64,000 nt of DNA from Callorhinchus milii (Eukaryota), in NCBI RefSeq assembly GCF_018977255.1, contig NW_024704746.1, positions 23,622,001 through 23,686,000 on the forward strand, written 5' to 3'. Below the pieces are notes generated by a model, which saw nothing but the letters and a program-made list of their open reading frames with translations, had not been told where the DNA came from and searched no databases. The position numbers were made by a program, and so were the translations under genes. Of the stretch, positions 24,156-36,750 are shown piece by piece. How positions within the stretch are numbered: the stretch's first letter is position 1; every line of letters starts with the position of its first letter.

Positions 24156-25734
24156 ATTACACTAACACTTATCTATTAACATATTACACATGAACTGTTA
24201 ATGCATATATTACGCATCCTGTTCTTGGGTCCTTCTGAATAGGGTGTTCTTGGCACTTAACGGATAGATTATCAAACTCTTTTTGAGCAAATGATCATTA
24301 ATTAAGTCTGCATTCCAAGAACCAGTTGAACTTGGCAATATAATAATTACATATCTATCTATTATTGGTGGTAATGAATGTTGCAACCTGTTTTACTCTT
24401 GAACAAGGGAATTGAAATTGCAGTTTATATGTTAATCAGCTCTCAGCCCTGAATTCCAACATAACACACAGTGGAACATTAATAGTATCCATAGTGATGG
24501 ATTTGACTTTGCCTACGGTCACCTCCCACTCCCCCGGCCCGGCATTGTGCTCCGCCACTGTCGAGCTCTCTAGAACACTACCCTGCATGAGGGGCGCTGT
24601 ACAAATGCAAGTTGTTGTTGTTGGTGGTGGTGGTGTCCATCACTGTGAATGCTCTCCGAATAAGAACTCCTTTGACTGGTGATACGAATCCTGGGTTCTG
24701 CAAGGCACAAACGTCACCTGTCTAAACCTTGGTCTATTTTGGATGAAATGCCTGTGACCATGTTATGAGAACTTGTCGAATTGACCTCTCCTCTCACACT
24801 CCTCTTCTCCTAACAGAGACGTTTACACCCCAGAGTCATCAATGTCTCTCTCTCTCTCTCTCTCTTCACTGAGCCAACCCTGACATTGTCCTTCTGAAAA
24901 TGGAGTTGGGAAATTATGGATGTATTCCATGTTATGGACTTTCCAAATAGGGAGTTGAGAGACTGATTTTATCTCACAATCTAAAAGCCTTGGGATGTTT
25001 GATTAGACTTGTTGATAAGAGACTCACATTGACAGGCACGTGGAGTGTATGACATCTTTCAAACTTTGGACAGATGGTGTGTGCACAATAGGTCCTGTTT
25101 CTATCATCTTAAAATATGAAGGGTTTGGCTTAATGCAGACAGTGGGATAACAGGATTATTCCCTTTGCTGTTTGCCCTTTGTTATTGAGAGGTTTCTGTT
25201 CTATTCTGTTGTGTTTCGAGGTCTGGTTGTTTCGAAGGAAAAGGACTTTAAAAATAGCTTATTAAAGCTTTACAGTATTCTGCACCTGGCTTGGTGGTTA
25301 AGGAGACAGCTCCCTCAGGCTCATTGGGTTTTGTTTAGTAAGTCCCTAGTTTTTGTTCATCAGCTACTGGCAGGTTTTTAAAACGGATAAAAATCAAATG
25401 AATTACCATCTTTATGTAGAATATTTCGGCCCTCAATTTTAATAGGGCTACGTTGAAGATCGCGACAACAGCAACAACAAAAATGGACTTTCAGGTTTAT
25501 TTTGATCTCATTAATCCCTTTAAACAGTGACCCCCATTTTTGAACACTGTCTGATTGCTTTCATCTTGAGTTTGATTTTAAATGCAACTAAAATTAGAGC
25601 TGATGTAAAATCCAAATAATGTTATTGCAAAGAATTCACCACAACCAAGAGGTCCATTTCTGTCTCTTTATTATTGATTGGCCGGTGGGGGGGCAGGAGG
25701 TGAGGATGGAGAAGAGTCAGACACTGGGAATCAC

Positions 25735-25865
25735 AGTGGTTTAGGCATGAATCACTGGAAACATGGCTGAACTCAGCCCAAACTGATGGAGTTAACATCT
25801 CCGTGTGTTTGATGGCTGTAAAATGTCCGATGTGAAATGAGTTTGTGCAGTCTCATCCAGAGAGG
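25735..25865 (+). mobile_element. LF-SINE-like relic, second copy
   Basis: gatggctgtaaaatgtccgatgtgaaatgagtttgtgcagtctcatccag resembles the remembered LF-SINE body and 19325-19375. Confidence 0.55.
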
Positions 25866-26191
25866 TTGCAGAATAGTCAGCAGTGATGTAGAAACATTTG
25901 ATACAATATTTGGTTCAGAGTAGAGAGTGAGCCTTAAACTACGCTCTTACCTGACAGCTCTTGAAGCAGACACTTGTTTTATCTGAAATGGATAGCGTTC
26001 CATATCCCAAACTGCACCTTGAGGAGCCCAAAATAATTTCCCCCCTGCACCACCCAAAAAACAACCCCAGTGTATTTCTACTGATCGACAAACATAGTTT
26101 AGCCTGGATTTACAGAGCTATCCAACTGCTCCAGCAAACAAACAGAAATGTTGGTTCTATCCAACAAGTTTCTATTATCATTATAGAACCG

Positions 26192-26322
26192 TAGAATTAT
26201 ACAGCACAGAAGGAGGCCATTCGGCCCACCGTGTCTGTGCCTGCTCTTTGAAAAGAGCTACTAAATCAATCCCACTCCCCCGCTCTCTCCCCATTGTCCT
26301 GCAAACTTGTCCTCCCCAAATA
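26192..26322 (-). mobile_element. CR1 3' tail
   Basis: tacagcacagaaggaggccattcggccc motif. Confidence 0.8.
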
Positions 26323-26519
26323 GTATTGAATGAATCAAAGGCGGGCAGAACATGAGGGGGAGAAACACCTTTGGCAGTGATATAGTTCTAGAGATTATAG
26401 ACACAGTGCCAGTTTTGAACAGTCAGGTTTGACTCACTTCCTCCTGAAATAAATAGATTTGGAGATGAATACTTGGAATGTTTGCCTAAACAAAAGTTTG
26501 AAGGAGTCAAAGATCTGGC

Positions 26520-26700
26520 CAGAGGGAAGGAGGAGAGAGAAAGAGAGGGAGGGAGAGAGAGAGAGAGAGAGAGAGGGAGTGAAAAAGAAAAAGAGGGAGA
26601 GAAAGAAAAAGAGCCAGAGGGCTTAATCAAAGAAAAGGGAGATGGGGAAAAAGATTCAGAGGCCTTGCCAGAGGGAGGGAGGTGGAGGGAGAGAGATATC
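26520..26700. repeat. GA-rich low-complexity tract including (GA)n
   Basis: near-pure purine run. Confidence 0.85.
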
Positions 26701-26959
26701 CCTGGACAAGGTGGATCAGGATATGGGAGCACTCTGGGATCAAACCTTGCCACCAATTGTTGTTTTAAGCCCCAGTTTTTAGAAATCCTGATCCAAGCAT
26801 AATCCTGATTTCATGCATAAAATTAGATTTCCACTGTGTAAATCCTCATTATATCTCCAGCTTCCTACTTAATATTTATAAATTTACCCAAAGAAACCCT
26901 AACATCCTGCCAATAGTATTTCCTGGGCTGAGAAACAGATATAGCTGGAACAGATATAG

Positions 26960-27172
26960 GAGTGAAATTAGGAGGCAGAACTCCAGAGCTCTCTCCCCCA
27001 AAAGACTGTGGACTATTGGATCAAAATATATTTTCAGGATTGAGGTGGATAGATGCTTATCAGGGTCAGGGTATCAAGGGATATGGGGCAACGGCGGGTA
27101 ATTAGAGTTGAGGTGCAGATCAGCCGTGATGTTATACAATAGCGGGACAGGCTCGAGGGGCTGAATGGCCTA
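26960..27172 (+). mobile_element. CR1 3' tail
   Basis: matches 41600-41826 and the reverse complement of 60412-60595. Confidence 0.85.
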
Positions 27173-28582
27173 CGTTTCTTAGAAACTAATTATCCCAAGT
27201 CTGCTAAAGAGGCTCAGAGGCAAATGCTGATCAGATTTCTGTTAGCTTTTACCTTGATTGCGGATTGCAGGATATGAAGCTTGATCTGCGAAGAATCTTG
27301 TGTTCCTAGACATAACACTATCTGTTGTGTTAAAACTTGTGGAATATAGAGAAATGGGGTTAAATAAGTCTGAATTTTTTTGGGGGGAAATTAGACGATA
27401 CGTAAGATTGTTGTTTTCTGATTTTTTTTTTAAAAAGGCTTTAAGACTAAAACCCAAACGCATGGACATCAGTTGGGATTTCAGCCCTAGATGAGACCAG
27501 GAGTGAAAGAGAACAGGAGTGTTCTAGGAGCTATAAAGATTTGATATGTGCTGTGGAGTGAATCCCACAAGTGCAGTTTAAACTGAAATATATCAGTTCT
27601 TCTGCATGTGTCACGGCTGTAAGTCAACAACAGCGGTGGGTGGGGATGGGGAGAGGAGAGACAGGGTGGGGGGGTGGGGGAGGAAAGATTGGCTTTTTAA
27701 GGTAAATTATAGAAGAGTCAAAGAAGCCTGGAACATTTGCAGAGATCGGCTAAGATTGTTTCAGTCGTGGTGCACTGCCAGGAGGTTGAATTAATCTCCA
27801 TCTCCAGAGGTTTAAGTCATGCACAGTGTTAAGTGTGCAGGCTGCTGTACAAAGTTCTCTATTTCAGTCTGTGTTTTGTGCCGACTTCCAGCACAATTTG
27901 CAGGACATTAGCACACACTGAAATGTGGTATTGTTTTATAAATTCTACTCTGAGGCTGGGAAATGAAGCCAACCGGCTGCTTTGAGCCATTCAATATTTG
28001 TTTCTCTCAGTCTGTCTTCAAGTCTGTTATTATTTTTCTCGGTTTTCTTGCTCCATTCTTGCTGTCCTCCCGATGTGAAAGATGTTATATAAATGCAATT
28101 TGTTCTTGTTTGTTGCTGCATTAAATACACAGCGCCATTTGCTGGCTTCTCCCTATCTCACACTCCTCATCTGCACCAAACAATGACTGATATCTTTGGG
28201 TTGAAGGGTTGTCAGTAAAAGCCCAAAGATGCAACCCAGAAGGCCTAGTTTGTATCTGTGGGCTATCATATATCTCCAGCTAAAGAATACGTTTACAAAC
28301 CTTTTTGTAATAATCAGTTGATCAGAATAATTTTGGCCGTGCGTGAATGAGAAACAAGTTTATTTCTGTTATGTTATTGGTATGGGTTTGATTAGCTGTC
28401 ATCATACCATAATTTAGTGCTGGCCAGACTGGCATGTTTCAACAACACAGGCACAAGGCAATCCTGTGGGTTTTGCGGGCAGTGTAATTGTGTGGTTGGA
28501 CTTGGAACCATGCTTGTGGCTCCCCATATAATACAATAAGTTTGTTTTGAGCCAAGCTAAATTGCTTCCCCCAGGATGGGAA

Positions 28583-28935
28583 AGAGTCCTGTAGCTCAGT
28601 GGTTAGAGCACTTGCTTCGCAAGCGAGAGGACCTGGGTTTGATTTCCGAGCAGAGCGAAACATTGGGCAAGTTTCCTTACTCCACACGCCTCTGTTTACT
28701 CAGCAGTAAGTAGGAATCAGGTTGTTTGTCGATTGGCGAATCGCTTTTCCAGAGGTAATAATCCCTTCAAAAAAAAAAATAATTTGGTCGCTCAATCCAC
28801 CACTGTTTGTGGGACGCTGCGGTGTGCAATTGGCTGCCGCGCTTCGCCCACAAAGTATACAGTCAATTTAATTTACAGTATATTCTGTGAAGCGTTTTGA
28901 GACGTCTTGAAGACGTGATAAGGCACTATATCTAA
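28583..28935 (+). mobile_element. full-length long-subfamily tRNA-Ala SINE
   Basis: A box, TTCGCAA loop, B-box remnant, central segment, tail stem-loop. Confidence 0.93.
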
Positions 28936-29217
28936 TAGCATGAGGCGGAGCCAGTCATATACAACAACAACAAGATTACATTGGTATAGAGCCTTTTACG
29001 TAGGGAGGATGTCCCAATATAGACAGCCATATGCAGACAAATGCTGACAAAACAAATATGAGTGCAGAATCACTGGGTGAATAACGCTATAATAACCAGA
29101 CTGATAACGGCACAAAGCATAACATTTAGTTCAGTAAATGTAAGATGTTGCAATCGTTTACTGACTTCACAGTTGCTACATTTTCCTTGCCTCTTGTTTC
29201 ACACCAACATTCACCAG

Positions 29218-29301
29218 ATGTTTTGATCTCGCTGGGTTGCACATCGTTCCCCACCTGCGAGGATCAGGAACTCGCACGTTTTCCTGTAATTAAACCGGGT
29301 G
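29218..29301 (+). other. candidate 84-nt cassette exon (phase 1: VLISLGCTSFPTCEDQELARFPVIKPG)
   Basis: branch-like tactgac at 29159, pyrimidine tract, cag acceptor, donor GTG|gtgagg. Confidence 0.25.
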
Positions 29302-29959
29302 GTGAGGAAGCTTGAGAGTGTGTCCTATGGGGGAAACCCGTAACCGTCTCGTGCGCCTATCCTGCATTCTGGGTGGAGAATGTGGAGCCTGGCACTTGGT
29401 CTCCTTCATACCCTTTGAAGACTATGGACTGAAGAGTGCTATTTGCTGGCTGTAGCCGTTGAGTTACTACCTGTTTAACACAGAGCAGACAGGGAACTCA
29501 ATTCCTGAACATGGCTTTGAGCCCAAGCCTAAGCAACAGATGAACGCAGTGCTTCCTGATGACTGCTGATAGAAACAATGTAATGCTATTAGTAACTAGA
29601 CTGAGAAAGGCACAGAGCTGCTATCAGTCTGGTTATAGCGTTATGTTGTTAATAAAATATTGTATTTCCAGTTATACTTGTTCATTTGTGTCGACACAGA
29701 ATTAACTCTAAGGAGTAGGCACAAATGTACGGGCATTACTGGAAAGTGCAGTATTATTGGAAGTACTTCATGTGGCAAGAGCTTGTACCCAAGTTCACGT
29801 ATTTTTTATTTACCGTCATTTCAAAAAAAAATCTTCTTATGATTTTCATGGATGTCCTTGACTTGTGCTCAGCGAGTCTCTGTGTAAATGTCCTTGTTTG
29901 CCCCCCCCCGCCCCCACCCCCTCTCCTGATCCGCTAACAAGACTCTCCAACTCAATCGT

Positions 29960-30352
29960 CACAGTTCTGAAGAAGAGTCACACATGCAGTTTGAGTCAAT
30001 CTTTACTCTGGCGTGTTGGCTGACCTGCTGTGCATTTCCAGTGTGTTCTCTCGGTTTGTTTTCATTTCAGATTCCAAACATTCGCAGCTTTTTCTTTCTA
30101 CTCCTGCCCAATCTGCTCCGCTGCTATCTTGAGTGCAGTGACTGTACATTAGTCAATCATTAAGCTGACTTTCTCTGGAAATGTCCCCAGTCCCTGCTGC
30201 TGTGTGAAGGATACAAGCACAGTGTTGCGCCACTGTTTGCCGGCCTGTGTCATGACAGTTTTTCCCTGCTTGCATGTGAATCTCCTGGACTATCTGATCT
30301 CTGAAGGCAAAATACTGCAGATGCTAGAAATCTGAAATGAAAACAGAATTTG
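29960..30352. mobile_element. decayed Penelope-like terminal fragments (29960-30098 plus; 30308-30352 opposite orientation)
   Basis: cagttctgaagaagagtca...gctgacctgctg...tttcagattcc and aaatactgcagatgctagaaatctgaaat match 7010-7236 and 39778-39978. Confidence 0.65.
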
Positions 30353-30506
30353 CTGTTTGTGAGGACGCTGCTGTGCGCAATTGGCTGCCGCGTTTCGCCC
30401 ACAAAATATACAGTCAATTCACTTTACAGTGTATCCTGCGAAGCATTTTGAGACGTCTCGAAGACGTGATAAGGCGTTGTATCAAATGCAAGGATTATTA
30501 TTATTA
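30352..30506 (+). mobile_element. SINE 3' part
   Basis: SINE body and tail match. Confidence 0.85.
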
Positions 30507-33500
30507 TAATCTGTGCCAGTCAATGCTTTCTACCACTCGGGCCATTCGAGTGACTTTCCAGGGTTTGCATGATGTACTGGTGTGATTTTACACGGAGTAT
30601 CTATCGCAAAGAGTGGAGCAATAACACCACACTGTGTGTCATCTGCTGATAACGTCTTTTCCTTCTGTGTCTAAAGTCGTTAGAAATGAAGCGAGCAGCC
30701 ATCTGACAGTAATATTTATTTTAATCTGCAAATAGTCAGGGCTGCTGTCTTTACCCATGTGATCGTTCCATTCTGTTCATGGCTGCCTGCTGGGAGCTTG
30801 GGAACAGATGCTCATCTCGTTCCCCGCCCACCCCATCCCATTCTCTGGGGGAATATCATCCATTCCACTTTTTCCAGAAGTTTACGTGTATTGTAGTTTC
30901 AACCGGAACCAAGCTGTAACCGTGGTGGGAGGGAGGAAAGGGGTAATGGGGTAAGGGGGGCAATGGGAGAATGGAGGGCAGGGTTCAGATGAGAGTGACC
31001 AAGTTGTTCTGTGCGTGTCATTGAACATGTCAGATGCTGTGTCAGATGCTGTTTTTGCCAGATGCTGTGCAGAGCATTCGTGCTGAAGAAACTGAATATT
31101 GGTACGTGAGCGTGTGAGGGAAACAGACATGAAAAGTAGAACAAAATCCCTTACCTTGTTAGAGGAGATTGTGATTGAAGACAATGCACTCTAGAGATCT
31201 GAGATGTATGGCCCAAGCTAGGAATAGAAGGCCATTTTAGGAAGAGGACGTTGTTTTTGCCCAGTGAACACCAGTCACAGACTCAAGTCAGCAGGTGCCT
31301 ACTCTGACACGGGAATGCCTCTTGTTGCTGGATTACATTCCTATCTGAACTCTGGTAAGCGCCCAACAAATACCCATCTCCTTTGTGTCATTGCAGGGTT
31401 CCCTGTTTCAGGCTGAGGTTGACGTTGCTGAGTGTGAATCCCATCCTCCAGCAGAGCCTTGAAGTGTTGAGGTTTTACTTGAACTTTCAGCTCAACTTAA
31501 AAATTGAAGGCTCAAAACAAATTGGCAGTGTCTCACACTCAAATGCTAACATCAAAGAGGTGCATTATTAAAAGGACTGTCATGCACAGATCACACCAGC
31601 CGTGGCCTTGTGTGTTAATGAACAAACCCAAGCAAGCTCCACGCTCTTTATATTTAACATGCAGAACATTTTGTCTGAAATTTAGGCTCTGGGACCGATT
31701 CATTTTGTTATCATCCTGTCCATCCAGGAGGAGGAAGGCAGCGACTGACAGGCTGCAGAGGGAAAGTTTCTCTTTGAAATTTAAATGAATGTGGGACAAA
31801 TGTAATTCACACGGAACTGAGTGAGCATTCAGTGGCGCAGTGCAGTGCTTTGCAAGTCATCAGTCTGTATTGAAAGGTTCAGCCTCATACCCATAGATAA
31901 CCCTGTTCTTTATTCAAATGTGCAATCAGGTGGTACTGAAGTCATGGCTCTGTATTCCGGGTGCAGCACAGTGCTAGATATCGAGATTCTCTAATGGAGG
32001 GGTTTGATATCTGAGCCGCAGTTCCTAATTGTGTATTCAGAGAGGCAAACCCTACAGTAAATCCTGATTCTGTATCCTGGGGCATCACCATTTGGAGACC
32101 ACTGATATGACTGCTTTTTGGCAACTGTTTTCTCCTCTGGGCCAGTAATAGGTTGTTGTGTGAATAGAGCAACTGATGACACTGAAAGAGACATCAAACA
32201 ATTGACCCAGTCACTCGATCGACTCAGGTCTTTAATATTCCTGAAATTCGCTTCGATGGTAAAGACAATCCACTTGAGATGTCGGAACCCCAGAGGCACT
32301 GGGAAACCAAGGTGCCAGCTCCCTCTGGAAAACAAGAAGGAATCTATGTAACAGAACTCAGCAAGATCTAGGTGTCTATCTGTTTACCCGATAACAGGGT
32401 TAGGTTAGGCTGGCAATGGATGTTACACAGTGATAATCAGATAAGAAGTTACATAACAGTTTGTTTAGTGTCGAGATTAAGAAATAATGTGCTTTTTTTT
32501 CTGCTTTCCACCCTCCCGGCTATAAAGCCAATTTCGACATAAGTACTTCTGCTGAGAAAAATAATAATTGGGTGGCTCAGAGTCACACGTTACATTGGAA
32601 CATCAATATGTTGTGAACCGAATTGGTGGCCACCACTTCCTGCTCACAGTGACTCAGCTAATCTCGGCCACACCCTGACTTGGTTATTTATGTAGGCAGA
32701 TGCGTAAAGACAAAATAATAATCATATAATGATCCTTGCATTTGATGTAGTGCCTTATCACGCCTTCGATCAGCCATGATCTAATAGGATGGTGGAGCAG
32801 GTGTGAGAGGCTGAATGGCCTTTTCCTCCTGTTCCTATAACTTTCTGAAACCTTTGAGATAACTCTGCGCAAGCCTCTGGCTGCAGTGTGTGTGGCTGTG
32901 CCTCAGGCTGAGTGAAGGGCTGTGGCGTGTTCGCACAGTACACGTGACCTGAGCCGTGTTGTCACGTGTTCAGCCTCCAGTCCAGTCGGCAGCCCAGCAT
33001 AGCCCCATATGTGCCGTGAAATCTGCATGTCCCAGCTTTTGCTGCTTCATTCGCGCTTCACTTGTTCCTATAGACCTTTCTTCTATAAAAAGGTTTCAAA
33101 GGGACACTTGGGTTTTTTTATTCGAAAAACAGCTGTGATGCCGCAAGTCAAATGCTTAATAACAGACCAACTAAAACAAAAAGTTCCAGTTTAAAACTGA
33201 GTAAAGTCCAAATGATTTGGCCACCATATTTGCAAGCAGTACGTGAACATGTTTTATTTAGCCTCTCAAGCCCATCGAATAGAGGGTGTCACATTAATAT
33301 CGTCTTGTTTTTTTGCATTTATTGTAATCTAAGAGTTATACAATTTAAATTATTTTCAAGCATTCATATCTAACTCTTGAATATTTGCAACTTGAGAAGG
33401 AGATCATTCAGCGACATTGGTGCTAATCCCATTCCTCTGCTCTTTCTCCGTGCCCTTTAACACACCATAATATAACATTTATCCAATTCCCTTCATTTGC

Positions 33501-33727
33501 TTTACAGACTTGTCTTTTAACACTCGCTTGTGGAGAGGTCTTCTATATTCTAATCGTCCTCTATGTAAAATAAAATCTTTTATCCTCTTGTGATAATCGT
33601 CATTGATACCCTATTGATGCTGACTCGCTGTTCAGTGGAAGCAATATTTAGGTGTCTTGCCAAAACCATTCATAATTATGAAAACTTATTTCAGATACTC
33701 CCTCCCCTTAACATTCTGCGCCAGAGA

Positions 33728-34093
33728 AAATAATAATAATCCTTCCATTTGATATAGCGTCTTATCACATCTTCGAGACGTCTCAAAGCGCTTCGCAGAA
33801 TATACTGTAAAATGTACATTTTGTGGGCAAAATGCAGCAGCCAATTGCACACAGCAGCGTCCCTCAAACAGTCGTGGATTGAGTGACCAAATTATTATTT
33901 TGTTTTGAAGAGATTATTACCCCCTGGAAAGTGATCCGCCAATCGGCTAACAAGCGGCTTCCTATTTTCTGCGAGGTAAACAGAGGTGTGTGGAGTAAGG
34001 AGACTTGCCCAACATTTTGCCCTGCCCAGGAATTGAATCCAGGTCCTCTCGCTTGCGAGGCGAGGGCTCTAACCACTGAGCTACAGGACTCCA
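33728..34093 (-). mobile_element. full-length long-subfamily SINE
   Basis: tail to tRNA head complete. Confidence 0.93.
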
Positions 34094-34554
34094 CAACTTT
34101 ACAAGGCCCAACTTTGCAAGTCTCTAGGTGTAACTATGACCAGATATTGCTGTGATGAATTAAACCTCCTGTGATTAAACCTAAAGGAAAAACCCTTTGT
34201 AAACATTTGATCTGGAGTAGATTGATTAGTGTTTGCTGTAGCCTGAAGGCGCCCCACAATCTTTAAACAACGGCTTTTGTGGTGAACCTTCATGATGCTG
34301 GTCAGCAGACCCTGAAATCTCCTCCATCAATTAGCCAGCCAATTTCTCAATAGAAAACGTCCTTGTGTTTTCAGTGTTGACAGATCATCAGTTGGAATTT
34401 GTTTGTGGCAGGCCCTAGTTCAGTTTTCTCTGGGTTTATGTATATGCTAGATGTTGACGCTGACAAAAATTAATTGTTATTTATAGGTTTGTCGCCTGGA
34501 CACTGACTGACACAAATTATTTTCTATCAAAACCAATTAGCGCGAGGATTTGGA

Positions 34555-35130
34555 ATAGATTCTAAGAAATTGCAGCACAGAAAGAAACCATTCTGTCCAT
34601 CGAACGTATACTGGTACCATCCCCCACAAAATACACAATCAATTCACTTTGTATTCTGTGAAGCACTTTAAGTGGTCTCAACATGATAAGGTGCTATATC
34701 AAAAGTATTATTATCTCCATCACTGGGTCTAACTTCGGCAAATCCAGTTTGTGTTCCCTCTGCATACCCTTTTCTGTTGTTCCACTTCAAATCATTTTCC
34801 AATTCTCTGTTGAATACTGTTATCTTTCTCAGCCTCAATAATGTTTGCGGCAAAACTTGTTCTAATAAACTACTGGTTGAAAAGATTTCTGCTAACTTCC
34901 TCTTGAACTCTTCTAGTTTCAAGTTAATATCCCCAGTTACTGATTTACTGACGCACATAAATAATTTTTCAGTGTTTATCTTCTAGAAATCTTCTAGTAA
35001 TTTGTTGATCGCTATAGATTCTCTGTTCCAGAGAAAACAGTTCCATTTTTTCAAGACTTCAAACTGATCCTTGGTATCATGGATGTGAATCTGTCTCTGA
35101 TGTCCTTTCTGTAATGTAACTGTGATCCAA
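34555..35130 (-). mobile_element. old CR1 3' fragment with a SINE tail inserted (34622-34712)
   Basis: gcagcacagaaagaaaccattc tail motif and decayed CR1 3' coding region. Confidence 0.55.
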
Positions 35131-35317
35131 TCAACATCTTTAAACATACAATGGCAATTCCTTATTTTTGCTTTAACTTTCTCGTGCTCTATCTTTAAAT
35201 TTCCCAATCGAAGAGGGGCAGTCTTGAGACGTGCCTTGAAGGAGGCAAGGCAGGGGGTGAGGCAAAGGGACTGTGGGATAAAGTTCCAGAGGGTGGGGGC
35301 AGAGAGGCTGAGGTTAG

Positions 35318-35632
35318 GGAGTCCTGTAGCTCAGTGGTTAAGAGCACTCGCTTTGCAAGTGAGAGACCTGAGTTCAATTCCCGGCAGAGGGCGAAACCTT
35401 GGGCAAGTTTCCTTACTCCACACACCTAATAATAATCCCTCCAAAACCAAAAACAATAATAAATTGGTCATTTTCAATCTACGACTGTTTGTGGGACATT
35501 GCTGTGCGCAATTGGCTGCCGCGTTCGCCCACAAATATACAGTCAATTCACTTTACAGTGTGTTCTGTGAAGCGCTTTGGGACGTCCTCCCGACGTGAAA
35601 AGCGCTATATCAAATGCAAGGATTATTATTAG
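35318..35632 (+). mobile_element. full-length short-subfamily SINE (young), adjacent to an L2 fragment at 35205-35312 (minus)
   Basis: nearly identical to the reverse complement of 19979-20306; possible TSD ttaggg. Confidence 0.95.
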
Positions 35633-36094
35633 TAGTATTAGGGTGGGTGATCAAATGGGCTGAACGACTTCCTTTATCTGAGTCAGTCTTATGATAGCCT
35701 CTCCAATCGAGAGCGGAAAAAAAGGAAGTGCGGTGGTTTATTTGGTACTCATTTCAGCCAGCCAGGTGCCTCTGAATAAAGGAATTTGGTGCAGTCTGAA
35801 ACCGGAGGCTAGTGTGAGCAAGCCAGCAGCAATTACTAAACCATAATTCAGCACTAATTGGCAGCACGTTATCCTTCTTCCTCAGAGAAGCCACAGAGAT
35901 GGATTGTGTGGGCAACTGAAATGTCACAGTGATGCTCTACTAAGGTTGTGGTGATTGTGGCAGTTCAGAGAGAGAGAGAGAGAGAGAGAGCCTTTGGATC
36001 CTCTGCTATACAGTCTGGACTTGAGAGTGTTCGCTCTGACACTGAGGGCAGAGGGCAGTAAAGTAAATTCCCTCTCACTCCCTCACTCACTCAC

Positions 36095-36127
36095 ATTGGT
36101 TGAGTGCACTAAAGAAATCAACCAAAC
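36095..36127 (-). other. candidate 33-nt minus-strand exon
   Basis: minus strand: tcttcttttgtttctccttttcttatcag|GTTTGG...ACCAAT|gtgagt. Confidence 0.3.
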
Positions 36128-36487
36128 CTGATAAGAAAAGGAGAAACAAAAGAAGATAGTTACAGCAGCTGTCAAATTAAAGGGCAAAGATTTAATTCTT
36201 TGTGACATGGTTAGAGTATCAGCTGTGGAAGCAGCTGTTAGTGTGACTATCCCAATAGCACAGTGTACGTGCGCCTGTGTACAGAAACTGAGCCAAACCC
36301 TCTGGACTGCAAGAGTACAGCTGGGAGATGGCAGAGAGCAGAACAAGAGAGGAGCCCAAGTACAAGCACATTAGCAGCAACACTTTAGTTGCATAATCAT
36401 TTTCAAATGAGATCCTTTGGCTTTTTACAGAGAGGAAGAGGCAAAGAAAGTGCAGATTACTTTCATTCCAAATGTTACATCTGATGC

Positions 36488-36750
36488 CAATTCACGTTAC
36501 AGTAAATCCTATGAAGTGCTTTGAGACTTCTCGAAGACGTGTTAAGGCGCTGTATCGAATGCAAAGATTATTATTATTCCGTTGTCATCCAGGATAAAGT
36601 AAACTTTGCTCACTTTGCTCTTTTGCTCACTTGTAACAATAAAATCCTGTAATCCTTGCATTTGATATTGCACCTTATCAGGTCTTTGAGATGTCTCAAA
36701 CGCTTCACAGAATATACTGTAATGTGAATTGACTATGTATTTTGTGGGAC
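36488..36750. mobile_element. two SINE tails in inverted orientation (36488-36578 plus, 36648-36750 minus)
   Basis: SINE tail matches. Confidence 0.8.

Noticed and set aside
26388-26802. 109-122 aa ORFs rich in E/R/K or S/L/P
   Set aside because: Produced by the GA-rich low-complexity tract.
29620-29650. Resemblance to miR-21 (cagactgat)
   Set aside because: Only a 9-nt match; the seed and precursor do not match.
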